Below are positions 46,910 through 55,067 of a stretch of 64,000 bases of DNA, piece by piece (the first letter of the stretch is position 1; each line of letters starts with the position of its first letter). Source of the DNA: Candidatus Methanomethylophilaceae archaeon (lineage in GTDB: Archaea; Thermoplasmatota; Thermoplasmata; Methanomassiliicoccales; Methanomethylophilaceae). A program made the position numbers and the translations under genes. Location: positions 7,390 to 71,389 of the forward strand of contig JBMNQN010000005.1 in assembly GCA_050944155.1 (NCBI GenBank). The letters are read 5' to 3'. The notes below the pieces were generated by a model, which was not told where the DNA came from, ran no database searches, and saw only the letters and a program-made list of their open reading frames with translations.

Positions 46910-47860
46910 ATGCCGGAAATACTCAGACCAGACCAGGTAAAGGTGAAATACGGCCCCATGTTCTGCCACGGTTTTTACACAATGGTGGACGAAGAAAACA
47001 ATATGGCGCAGATAATCGAAGTGTGTTCTTCCAGAGGTCCGGCGGAGTGGGACATTGTCAACCGCCGCCGTACCGGAGGGATTCTGAAAGATTTGGAACT
47101 GGACGGGCACATGATTATAATGAACACCGATATAGGCGAAAAAGAGCTTAATTTCGGGCCGGTGGCTGCGGGCATCGGAGGTCAGGGGCTGTCATTGCTC
47201 AGGGTCGAAGGCGACAGAGTAAGGACCAGGTGGAGGGGTCTTGCCGGCGCGTCCGTGGGAATAGGCGCATGCATACCCCAATGTCCCGACGTTATCGAAA
47301 CCGTATATCCCGACAATTTCAAGATAGGGGGCGCCAACTGCGCCGAAGTGGAGATAATCACCCCCAAGATGGTGCGTCTGGTAATCGGGATAGACGATAC
47401 GGACAACAAGGAAAAAGGAGCGACCTGGGTCTTGGGAATGAAGCTGGGAAAAGCCTGCCCGTACGGCAAATTTATTCAGCACAAAATCATTCAGCTCAAC
47501 CCGAAAGTTCCCAACAAAACCACCAACTGCTGCTCCACTGCCGTGTCCTTCGCGGTTACCGAAGAGGACATACCCAAACTGATAGAATTCGCCGTGGATT
47601 TTGTCAGAAAAGAATCTTATTCTGAGGGCGCAACCGTCACGGTGTTCAAGGGTCTGAAAATACCCAAAGCGCTGGCGGATTTCGGATGGGGCGCAAAATC
47701 CGTTCTGTATACTCAGGAAGATGCGGTCAGAGTCGCATCGGAAAACGGAGTTCAGATAATTTCCGTGACCGGAACAAAAGGAGCAATAGGCGCCGTTGCG
47801 GCTATAGGCTGTTTCGATATGGGACTGCATTCCGCCGGAGTGCCGGAGGATTTTGAGTAA
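46910..47860 (+). CDS. protein with TiaS-kinase-domain-like module (GIDDTD) and a novel N-terminal domain
   Basis: 316 aa. Residues from about 155 read MVRLVIGIDDTDNKEKGATWVLG, resembling the N-terminal kinase domain of tRNA(Ile2) agmatidine synthetase. The OB and Zn-ribbon parts of TiaS are absent. It could belong to a methanogenesis-marker family, but I cannot verify that. Confidence 0.4.
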   Translation: MPEILRPDQVKVKYGPMFCHGFYTMVDEENNMAQIIEVCSSRGPAEWDIVNRRRTGGILKDLELDGHMIIMNTDIGEKELNFGPVAAGIGGQGLSLLRVEGDRVRTRWRGLAGASVGIGACIPQCPDVIETVYPDNFKIGGANCAEVEIITPKMVRLVIGIDDTDNKEKGATWVLGMKLGKACPYGKFIQHKIIQLNPKVPNKTTNCCSTAVSFAVTEEDIPKLIEFAVDFVRKESYSEGATVTVFKGLKIPKALADFGWGAKSVLYTQEDAVRVASENGVQIISVTGTKGAIGAVAAIGCFDMGLHSAGVPEDFE

Positions 47861-47864
47861 TTCC

Positions 47865-48641
47865 ATGTCCCTGTCCAGAATTTTGAGCAACAAGGCCTAT
47901 TCGACTTACGAATCCAGGCTCAAAAAGGAAGTCATCGACGGCCCAATTCCCAACCATATAGCCATAATCATGGACGGCAACAGAAGATATGCCGAAGAGA
48001 GGGGAGAAACAGCCAAAGAAGGACACAATCTGGGCAAAGACAAACTGGAAGAGGTTCTGGATTGGTGCGTAGACACGGGCGTAAAGATACTGACCGTCTA
48101 CGCGTTTTCGACGGAGAATTTCAAAAGAAGCCAGGACGAAGTGGACCACATAATGGGTCTTCTGAAAATGTCTCTGGTGGAGATGGCGGACAGTCAGAAA
48201 GTCAGAGACAATCGGGTGCGCATAAAAGTGATGGGAGATATGGATATGCTCCCCGACGACGTGGTGGAAGCGATAAGATACTCCGAAGAAAAAACGAAAG
48301 ACTATTCGGACTACTTTTTCAACATGGCCATAGCCTACGGCGGAAGGCAGGAAATCGTTTCCGCGGTGAAAAAAGTGGCACAGAAGGTTCTGGACGGCGA
48401 ACTTGAGGTCGAAGACATCAACGAAGACACCTTTTCGTTCCATATGTACAACTCCGACATGCCGGATCCGGATCTGGTTCTCAGAACTTCCGGCGAAATC
48501 AGGATATCCAACTTCCTGCTGTGGCAGATGGCATATTCGGAACTGTACTTTACGGACGTATACTGGCCGGGATTCAGGTACATAGATTTTCTCAGGGCAA
48601 TCAGAACATACCAGCAGCGTGCAAGACGTTACGGTGAGTGA
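47865..48641 (+). CDS. uppS: cis-prenyltransferase (undecaprenyl-diphosphate synthase family)
   Basis: HIAIIMDGNRRYA, YAFSTENFKR and RTSGEIRISNFLLWQ. ATG 47865 is preferred over TTG 47853. Confidence 0.9.
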   Translation: MSLSRILSNKAYSTYESRLKKEVIDGPIPNHIAIIMDGNRRYAEERGETAKEGHNLGKDKLEEVLDWCVDTGVKILTVYAFSTENFKRSQDEVDHIMGLLKMSLVEMADSQKVRDNRVRIKVMGDMDMLPDDVVEAIRYSEEKTKDYSDYFFNMAIAYGGRQEIVSAVKKVAQKVLDGELEVEDINEDTFSFHMYNSDMPDPDLVLRTSGEIRISNFLLWQMAYSELYFTDVYWPGFRYIDFLRAIRTYQQRARRYGE

Positions 48642-48643
48642 AC

Positions 48644-50377
48644 ATGTCCCGTTACGACGCGGTGTTTCTGCATGCTCCGAGCGTGTACGATTTCAGAAAA
48701 AAGCCTATTTTTTACGGACCTGTGAGCGACGTCATTCCCTCGTCGCCGGTGTTCGAAATGTATCCGATCGGGTTCATGACGCTGAGCGCCCATCTGGAAA
48801 GGGCGGGATTCAGGACCAGAATTCTGAATCTTGCGGTAAGAATGCTCATGTCTGAAAAATACGACGCGGAAAAGGCGATATCCAAGCTTGATTCCGACGT
48901 GTTTTTCATAGACCTCCATTGGATGCCCCATGCCCACGGTGCTTTGGAAATCGCAAAAACTGTAAAAAAATACCACCCGGACGCAAAAATCGAACTGGGC
49001 GGTTTCACTTCTTCGTATTTCTGGGAAGAAATAATCCGGAGGCCGGAAATCGATTTCGTGATGAGAGGGGACTCCACGGAAATTCCCACGGTGGAACTGA
49101 TGCGCACCCTGGAATCCGGGGGCGACCTTTCCGAAGTTCCCAACCTTGTGTGGAAAGATTCCGACGGAAGGATACACGCAAACGAAGTTTCCCATGTCCC
49201 GGACTCCCTCGACGACGTGATTTTCGATTACGGAACCATGATAAAGGGAACGATACGGAACATGGACATCAAAGGGGCGTTGCCATGGTCGGGATGGGAT
49301 TCCGATCCGCTGACAATGGCGCTTTCGGTACGCGGATGTTCCCTGAACTGCGCCGAATGCGGAGGTTCCCGTTACGCAAACGGAAAAGTCGTGTGCAGGA
49401 AAAAACCCGCATTCAGAAGTCCCGAAAAACTTGCGGAAGATCTCGACCTGATTCAGAGTTACATGAGGGCTCCGATATTCATAGTGGGAGATCTGAGACA
49501 GAACGGGAAAGATTACGCGGAAAGATTCCTGAAATCGGTGAAGGAACGCAGAATAAAAAATCACGTGGTTGTCGAACTTTTCGACAGTGCCAGCGAGGAT
49601 TATTTCAAGTCCTTGGACAGTACGTTCGAGGGCGGTTACACAATAGAATTTTCTCCCGATTCCCACGACGAGTCGGTAAGGTCCGCTCTCGGAAAAGGAT
49701 ACACCAACGAAAGCATCGAAAAGACCGTGGTCAACGCGTTCCGCAGCGGATGCGAGCGTTTCGATCTGTTCTACATGACAGGCCTCCCCTTCCAGTCCAG
49801 AGACTCCGCGCTCGAAAGTGCCAGAGCATCAAAAAAACTGTGGTCTCTCGTGGACATGGACGACCCGCTTCTCATATACAATTCCCCGTTTTCGCCCTTC
49901 GTGGATCCCGGGAGCAGGGCCTTCGAAAATCCTGAAAAATGGGGATACAAATTTTATGCCAGAACGCTGGAGGAACACCGCGCTCTGCTGGACAGTCCCT
50001 CGTGGAAGCTGACTCTTTCTTACGAAACCGACCTGATGACCAGAGACGATATAGCCGAAACTTCGTACGACGCGGCCAAAATACTTGCCGGATGCGAATA
50101 CGAAGCGGGCAGAATTTCCGAGACGCAGTACGAAAGAAGAAACGAGCGTACGGAAACGGCCCGCGCTCTGATGCACGAAGTGGACGCCATCATGGCCGTC
50201 GAAAACCGGGAAGAAAGAGAGGCGGAACTGTGGAACATCCGGGAAAAAGGAAGACGCATCATGGATTCCACGGTATGCGAGAAATCGGACCTGAGCTGGA
50301 ATGCGAAACCCGTTTGGACGGATACGTTCAGAATTGCGAAGAGACTTATTTTCCCCCTCGGAAGGAAAACCCCCTAA
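48644..50377 (+). CDS. B12-binding-domain radical SAM protein
   Basis: N-terminal Rossmann-like B12-type domain (DVFFIDLHWMPHAHGALEIAKTVKKYHPDAKIELGG) and radical SAM CxxxCxxC (CSLNCAEC). ATG 48644, or GTG 48638 overlapping the uppS stop. Confidence 0.75.
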   Translation: MSRYDAVFLHAPSVYDFRKKPIFYGPVSDVIPSSPVFEMYPIGFMTLSAHLERAGFRTRILNLAVRMLMSEKYDAEKAISKLDSDVFFIDLHWMPHAHGALEIAKTVKKYHPDAKIELGGFTSSYFWEEIIRRPEIDFVMRGDSTEIPTVELMRTLESGGDLSEVPNLVWKDSDGRIHANEVSHVPDSLDDVIFDYGTMIKGTIRNMDIKGALPWSGWDSDPLTMALSVRGCSLNCAECGGSRYANGKVVCRKKPAFRSPEKLAEDLDLIQSYMRAPIFIVGDLRQNGKDYAERFLKSVKERRIKNHVVVELFDSASEDYFKSLDSTFEGGYTIEFSPDSHDESVRSALGKGYTNESIEKTVVNAFRSGCERFDLFYMTGLPFQSRDSALESARASKKLWSLVDMDDPLLIYNSPFSPFVDPGSRAFENPEKWGYKFYARTLEEHRALLDSPSWKLTLSYETDLMTRDDIAETSYDAAKILAGCEYEAGRISETQYERRNERTETARALMHEVDAIMAVENREEREAELWNIREKGRRIMDSTVCEKSDLSWNAKPVWTDTFRIAKRLIFPLGRKTP

Positions 50378-50388
50378 GGTATCATATT

Positions 50389-50410
50389 AGGTAAAAGAAA
50401 CTCGCGCGAG
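50389..50410 (-). terminator. candidate proC terminator (palindrome + T-run on minus strand)
   Basis: The minus strand after the proC TAA reads CCCTCGCGCGAG (10-nt palindrome CTCGCGCGAG) followed by TTTCTTTT. Confidence 0.35.
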
Positions 50411-50412
50411 GG

Positions 50413-51219
50413 TTACTCTCCGCTCATTTTCCTGGATTTTATGATGCTTGCCTCGGTAGCTTCCGTCAGTTTTTCCATAGCATCCGAGTTCTGAAGTACT
50501 TTTACTCCTTCGATTGTGGTTCCTCCGGGGGAACATACTCCGTCTTTCAGTTCTTCGGGAGATTTTCCGGTTTCCAGAATCATTTTCGCGGCTCCCAGCA
50601 TAGACTGTGCCGCCAGTTTCAGAGATATGTCTTCGGGAATCCCGTTCTTTACACCGGCTTCGGCCACCGCGTCCGCGACCATGTACATGAACGCGGGAGA
50701 GCTGCCGGATATTCCCGTAACGGCATCCAGATCGCTTTCTTTCACTTCTACGGCCAGACCCGTTGCGGAAAGAACCGCATGTACCTTCCTTACGTCCGCG
50801 TCACCGGCTTTTGAGCCTCTGGAATAGCCTGCGGCACCCTCTCCGACAAGGCAGCAATGATTGGGCATAACTCGCACAATTTTTACATCTGGCACATACG
50901 CCTCCAAAGTGCTTATTTTCAGCCCTGCAACGATGCTCATGAGCAGGTGGGAAGGTCCGAATTTAAGTCCTTTCTCGGCAAAAAGTCCGGGAATCTGAGA
51001 GGGTTTTACGGCGATGACGACGAAATCCGTAACATTGGCAACTTCCGCGGCGGTTTCGTAAGTCTTTATTCCGAATTCCTCGGAAATTCTTTTTCTTGTT
51101 TCGGAACTCGGAGCGGCGGCGGCGATTTCGTCGTTTTTGCAAAGTCCTTTGGAAATTATCCCTCCGATCAAAGCCGAAGCCATTCTGCCGGCACCTATGA
51201 ACCCGATTTTTACACTCAT
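50413..51219 (-). CDS. proC: pyrroline-5-carboxylate reductase
   Basis: 268 aa with IGFIGAGRMA, VMPNHCCLVGEGA and SPGGTTIEG. Confidence 0.9.
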   Translation of the reverse strand: MSVKIGFIGAGRMASALIGGIISKGLCKNDEIAAAAPSSETRKRISEEFGIKTYETAAEVANVTDFVVIAVKPSQIPGLFAEKGLKFGPSHLLMSIVAGLKISTLEAYVPDVKIVRVMPNHCCLVGEGAAGYSRGSKAGDADVRKVHAVLSATGLAVEVKESDLDAVTGISGSSPAFMYMVADAVAEAGVKNGIPEDISLKLAAQSMLGAAKMILETGKSPEELKDGVCSPGGTTIEGVKVLQNSDAMEKLTEATEASIIKSRKMSGE

Positions 51220-51263
51220 TTTAACCGTAATCCGTATTGCGGACCTCGTTTATAACCTGTTCC

Positions 51264-51280
51264 CGCGCGCGTCGCGCGCG
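51264..51280. repeat. alternating CG tract CGCGCGCG-T-CGCGCGCG between divergent proC and nuoA promoters
   Basis: Read directly from the sequence. Self-complementary, tandem 8-mers flanked by TCCC on both sides. Confidence 0.6.
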
Positions 51281-51301
51281 TCCCGTTCTCCGGCTTAACC
51301 G

Positions 51302-51309
51302 TTATATAC
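51302..51309 (+). promoter_or_regulatory. TATA box candidate of the nuo/fpo operon
   Basis: TTATATAC lies 23 nt upstream of ATG 51333, with no SD between them, suggesting a leaderless first gene. Confidence 0.5.
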
Positions 51310-51332
51310 TTTTAAGGCATCGACTGCCCTCA

Positions 51333-51695
51333 ATGTCACTCGTTACGTACTACATTCCGCTGGTAGTGCTTGCCGCAGTATGTCTAGGGTTTGCACCGTT
51401 GGCGTGGCTGGTGTCGAGGTATATCAGACCTACGAAAACAACATCCTGGATGGAGTCAACTTATGAGTGCGGGACGGAACCGATTGGAGATGCACATGTT
51501 CAGTTCAGGTTCCAACACTACGCCTTTGCAATCATTTTCATCATTTTCGACCTTGTTGTGACGTTCTTGATGGTATGGGTGCTGGCGTTTTCCGGTTTCT
51601 CGACCGCAGCCCGCCTCTGGATGCTCATCTTCATGGGTGTAATGTTGCTGGGAGTCGCCTACGCGCTCAAGAAGGAGGAAAAAATATGGATATGA
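51333..51695 (+). CDS. nuoA: Nuo/Fpo-like complex subunit A
   Basis: Starts at internal ATG 51333. 120 aa, 3 TM, with YECGTEP and FIIFDLVV motifs. Confidence 0.9.
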   Translation: MSLVTYYIPLVVLAAVCLGFAPLAWLVSRYIRPTKTTSWMESTYECGTEPIGDAHVQFRFQHYAFAIIFIIFDLVVTFLMVWVLAFSGFSTAARLWMLIFMGVMLLGVAYALKKEEKIWI

Positions 51696-52249
51696 GTCTC
51701 TACCCCCACGCGGTAGCCATGAGCGCCGAGGAGTTTATGGATTGGTCTACGGCCATCATAAACGATCTTCTCAGCGCAGGAACCAAACGAACCGTAGACA
51801 AACTCACCGGACCTATCTGGACCTGGGCTATGAAGAACTCCATGCACCCCCTTCACTGGGGCCTTGCGTGCTGTGCTCTGGAAATGGCATCGGCCTCCGC
51901 GTCGAGACACGACGCCGAACGTCTGGGTATTATTTACCGTTCTTCTCCGAGACAGACCGATATCCTTCTTATCAACGGCTGGATTTCAAAGAAAGTCCGC
52001 CCCTCCATAAGGCGTCTCTACGAACAGATGCCCAACCCCAAGTGGGTCGTGGCCATGGGAGAATGCGCCATATCCGGTGGACCTTGGTTCGATTCTTATA
52101 ACTGCGTACAGGGAACCGATCAGATTGTTCCGGTGGACCTTTTCATCCCCGGATGCCCCGTGAAGCCCGACGCGATGATTGACGGATTCATGCTTCTTCA
52201 GAAGAAAATCGGAGACTACTTCCAGAGAGGAGTATTCATGGAGGACTGA
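51686..52249 (+). CDS. nuoB: Nuo/Fpo-like complex subunit B
   Basis: Starts at internal ATG 51686, with SD GGAGG 8 nt upstream. GLACCALEM, MGECAISGGP and PGCPVKP (N2 cluster cysteines). Confidence 0.9.
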   Translation: MDMSLYPHAVAMSAEEFMDWSTAIINDLLSAGTKRTVDKLTGPIWTWAMKNSMHPLHWGLACCALEMASASASRHDAERLGIIYRSSPRQTDILLINGWISKKVRPSIRRLYEQMPNPKWVVAMGECAISGGPWFDSYNCVQGTDQIVPVDLFIPGCPVKPDAMIDGFMLLQKKIGDYFQRGVFMED

Positions 52250-52251
52250 AA

Positions 52252-52725
52252 ATGGATACGGAAGCCATTTATCAGCAACCTACCGTGGGAGAAATCCAGA
52301 CCCTCCTGGAATCCAAATTCCCCGGTGTCAAAGTTTACAAAACAGAAACCAGACGCATATACGCGGAACTGGCGGATAAAAAAGACGTTTTCGACGTGTG
52401 CAACTACATACACGACAACCTGACCTTCGAACACTGCTCGGTGGTCATGGGTGCGGACATGGGCGACCATCTCGAAGTCATCTACCTTCTCACCAATTAT
52501 TACAGCGGAACGGTGATAGAGCTGGATGTAAAACTTCCTATGGACGACCTTCACGTAAGCACCGTGTCGTACATATGGGAAGGAGCCAACTGGCACGAGA
52601 GGGAAACATACGAACTGTTCGGAATCATTTTCGACGGACACCCCAAGCTCGAAAGGCTGCTCACGCCGGATACTTATAACTTCTTCCCTTTCAGAAAATC
52701 TTACAAGCTAAGGGGGCAGGAATGA
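52252..52725 (+). CDS. nuoC: Nuo/Fpo-like complex subunit C
   Basis: 157 aa with WHERETYELFGIIFDGHP. Confidence 0.9.
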   Translation: MDTEAIYQQPTVGEIQTLLESKFPGVKVYKTETRRIYAELADKKDVFDVCNYIHDNLTFEHCSVVMGADMGDHLEVIYLLTNYYSGTVIELDVKLPMDDLHVSTVSYIWEGANWHERETYELFGIIFDGHPKLERLLTPDTYNFFPFRKSYKLRGQE

Positions 52726-52726
52726 A

Positions 52727-53893
52727 ATGGTCGTACCCAACACGATTGACACTTTCGACGTACCTCCCGAACTGAAACCCGGCGAAAAGAGAATGGAAAC
52801 GGACTCCATGTGGATTTACATGGGTCCCCAGCACCCCTTCTCCCACGGACTGTGGACTCTTAAAGTCAAAGTCGACGGAGAAGTGGTCACGGATGCGGAG
52901 GCGATTATAGGATATCTCCACCGCGGATGGGAGAAAGAAACCGAGAACAGAACATACCCCAGGATTATCCCTATGGCAGACCGTCTCTGCTATTCGGCTT
53001 CCATGACTTATACCCACCTTTACTGCATGACGGTGGAGAAAGCTCTGGGTATAGACATTCCGGAGAAGGCCAAGTACATCAGAATCGTCGCCGACGAGAT
53101 CTGCCGCATTCAGTCCCACCTTATGTGGCTGGCGGCGGTGGGAACCGACCTCGGAAACCTTACCATCTTCCTTTGGGGAATGAGGGAAAGGGAATTCTGG
53201 CTGGATCTCAACGTAAGACTCTGCGGTCAGAGGATGACCACCAACTATACCCGTATAGGCGGTGTGAGAAACGATACCACGGAACTTTTCGACAGGGACG
53301 TCATGAGATGTACCGAGCGCTTCGAAAAGAGACTCTGGGACTTCGTGGGAATGATTGATGACAGCGCCGCTTTCGTGGGCAGGATGAAAGGCATAAGCTA
53401 CATGACCCGCGAGCAGTGCGCCAACCTGGGAATAACCGGGCCGGCCATGAGAGGCTGCGGACTCGATTTCGATGCCCGTCGCGACGATCCTTACGACAAC
53501 TACGACAAAATCGATTTCGAAGTTCCCGTGCTTACAACCGGGGACACCTATGCCAGGTACATGATAAGAATCGAAGAGATGTTCCAGTCCTGCGAAATAA
53601 TAAGACAGGCCGTCCGCAAAATCAGGGCTCTCGGCAAGAACGCCCCCTACAGGGTCAAGGTACCTTCCAAAGTACCTGCCGGCAGAGCGTTCACGAGACT
53701 CGAGGACCCCCGCGGAGAGTCCATAATGTATCTGATTTCCGACGGAACCGACAAACCCTACAGACTGAAGGTCCGTGCGCCTCTGTTCACGAACATAAGC
53801 GCATCCAGGCCCATGGTTCAGGGTATCAAAGTTGCGGACGTCCCCGCCGTCATGGCGATGATTGACGTCTGCATGGGAGAAACGGACAGGTGA
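52727..53893 (+). CDS. nuoD: Nuo/Fpo-like complex subunit D
   Basis: 388 aa with MGPQHPFSHG, GYLHRGWEK and a C-terminal DVCMGETDR. Confidence 0.95.
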   Translation: MVVPNTIDTFDVPPELKPGEKRMETDSMWIYMGPQHPFSHGLWTLKVKVDGEVVTDAEAIIGYLHRGWEKETENRTYPRIIPMADRLCYSASMTYTHLYCMTVEKALGIDIPEKAKYIRIVADEICRIQSHLMWLAAVGTDLGNLTIFLWGMREREFWLDLNVRLCGQRMTTNYTRIGGVRNDTTELFDRDVMRCTERFEKRLWDFVGMIDDSAAFVGRMKGISYMTREQCANLGITGPAMRGCGLDFDARRDDPYDNYDKIDFEVPVLTTGDTYARYMIRIEEMFQSCEIIRQAVRKIRALGKNAPYRVKVPSKVPAGRAFTRLEDPRGESIMYLISDGTDKPYRLKVRAPLFTNISASRPMVQGIKVADVPAVMAMIDVCMGETDR

Positions 53894-53897
53894 TATC

Positions 53898-55067
53898 ATG
53901 GGATTGAAAGACTGGATTACATTTACGGACCCCCTGTCAAACCCGTACTATCCTTACGGGGACACATACAACATAGGTTACGACCTCTGTTACAAAATTT
54001 GGGAAATACTCGGAGGATTCGTAGCCTGGCTCTTCAATTTGCTGTTCCCGGGCAACGGATTTTCCACGTTCCTCGTGTCAGACGAAGTGGTCAACGCGTT
54101 TGCGATAATTCTGTTCGCACTCGTTGTGTTCCTCGTCATATTTACCGGTGTTCTGATTTCTTTGTGGCAGGAACGTAAGTTCCTGGGAAGGTTTATGGAC
54201 AGAAGGGGAACCATGATAGGTATGAAGGGTTTCCTTCAGTGCGTCGCCGACGGTTTCAAAACCTTCATGAAAGAAAACACCCTGCCCCGCAAGATTGACA
54301 AGATGACCTACATGTGGACGGTCACCCTGATTGTAGGAACGTCCGTTCTGGTGGCAACCATGCTGCCTCTGTCCGATCGTTTCTTCATAGTCAACTACGA
54401 CTCGGGTCTGCTTATCGTGATGGCGATTTACGCGCTGGCACCTTTCTTCATACTTGTTTCGGGCTGGGCTCAGAACAACAAATATTCGCTTATAGGCGGA
54501 ATGAGAGCCGCGCAGTCGATGATTGCTTACGAAATACCCATGCTGATAACCGTGTGTTCCGTGGCTCTCCTCGCCGGCAGTTTCAACATAGGAGAAATAG
54601 TGGCGGCTCAGAACGAGACCACCTGGTACATTATCCCGCTGGCACTCGGATTCATAGTGTTCTTTACATGTTCTCTTGCTGAATCCGAACGTTCTCCTTT
54701 CGACCTCGCGGAAGCAGAATCCGAATTGGTCGAAGGATGGCAGACGGAATACGCGGGAATGAAATGGGGACTCATAATGCTGGGAGACTATCTCAGAGGA
54801 TTCGCGTCCTGTGCGATGCTGTCCATACTGTTCCTGGGAGGATGGAACATAGCTCCGTTCCTTTCCGACGAAGTCAACGCATTCTTCCCCGAAATAATAC
54901 AGCTGCTTAAGGGATGGATTATGTTCGGACTCATGATCTGGGTCAGAGCCGCTCTCCCCCGTGTCAGAATCGATCAGATTCTCAACCTGGGATGGAAGGT
55001 CCTCATGCCGCTGTCCGTGGTTAACCTGGTGATAGCCGTTCTGCTCGTGAATGGAGGCGTGTTCTGA
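53898..55067 (+). CDS. nuoH: Nuo/Fpo-like complex subunit H
   Basis: Starts at internal ATG 53898. 389 aa polytopic protein with ERKFLGRFMDRRG and AESERSPFDLAEAESELVEGW. Confidence 0.95.
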   Translation: MGLKDWITFTDPLSNPYYPYGDTYNIGYDLCYKIWEILGGFVAWLFNLLFPGNGFSTFLVSDEVVNAFAIILFALVVFLVIFTGVLISLWQERKFLGRFMDRRGTMIGMKGFLQCVADGFKTFMKENTLPRKIDKMTYMWTVTLIVGTSVLVATMLPLSDRFFIVNYDSGLLIVMAIYALAPFFILVSGWAQNNKYSLIGGMRAAQSMIAYEIPMLITVCSVALLAGSFNIGEIVAAQNETTWYIIPLALGFIVFFTCSLAESERSPFDLAEAESELVEGWQTEYAGMKWGLIMLGDYLRGFASCAMLSILFLGGWNIAPFLSDEVNAFFPEIIQLLKGWIMFGLMIWVRAALPRVRIDQILNLGWKVLMPLSVVNLVIAVLLVNGGVF

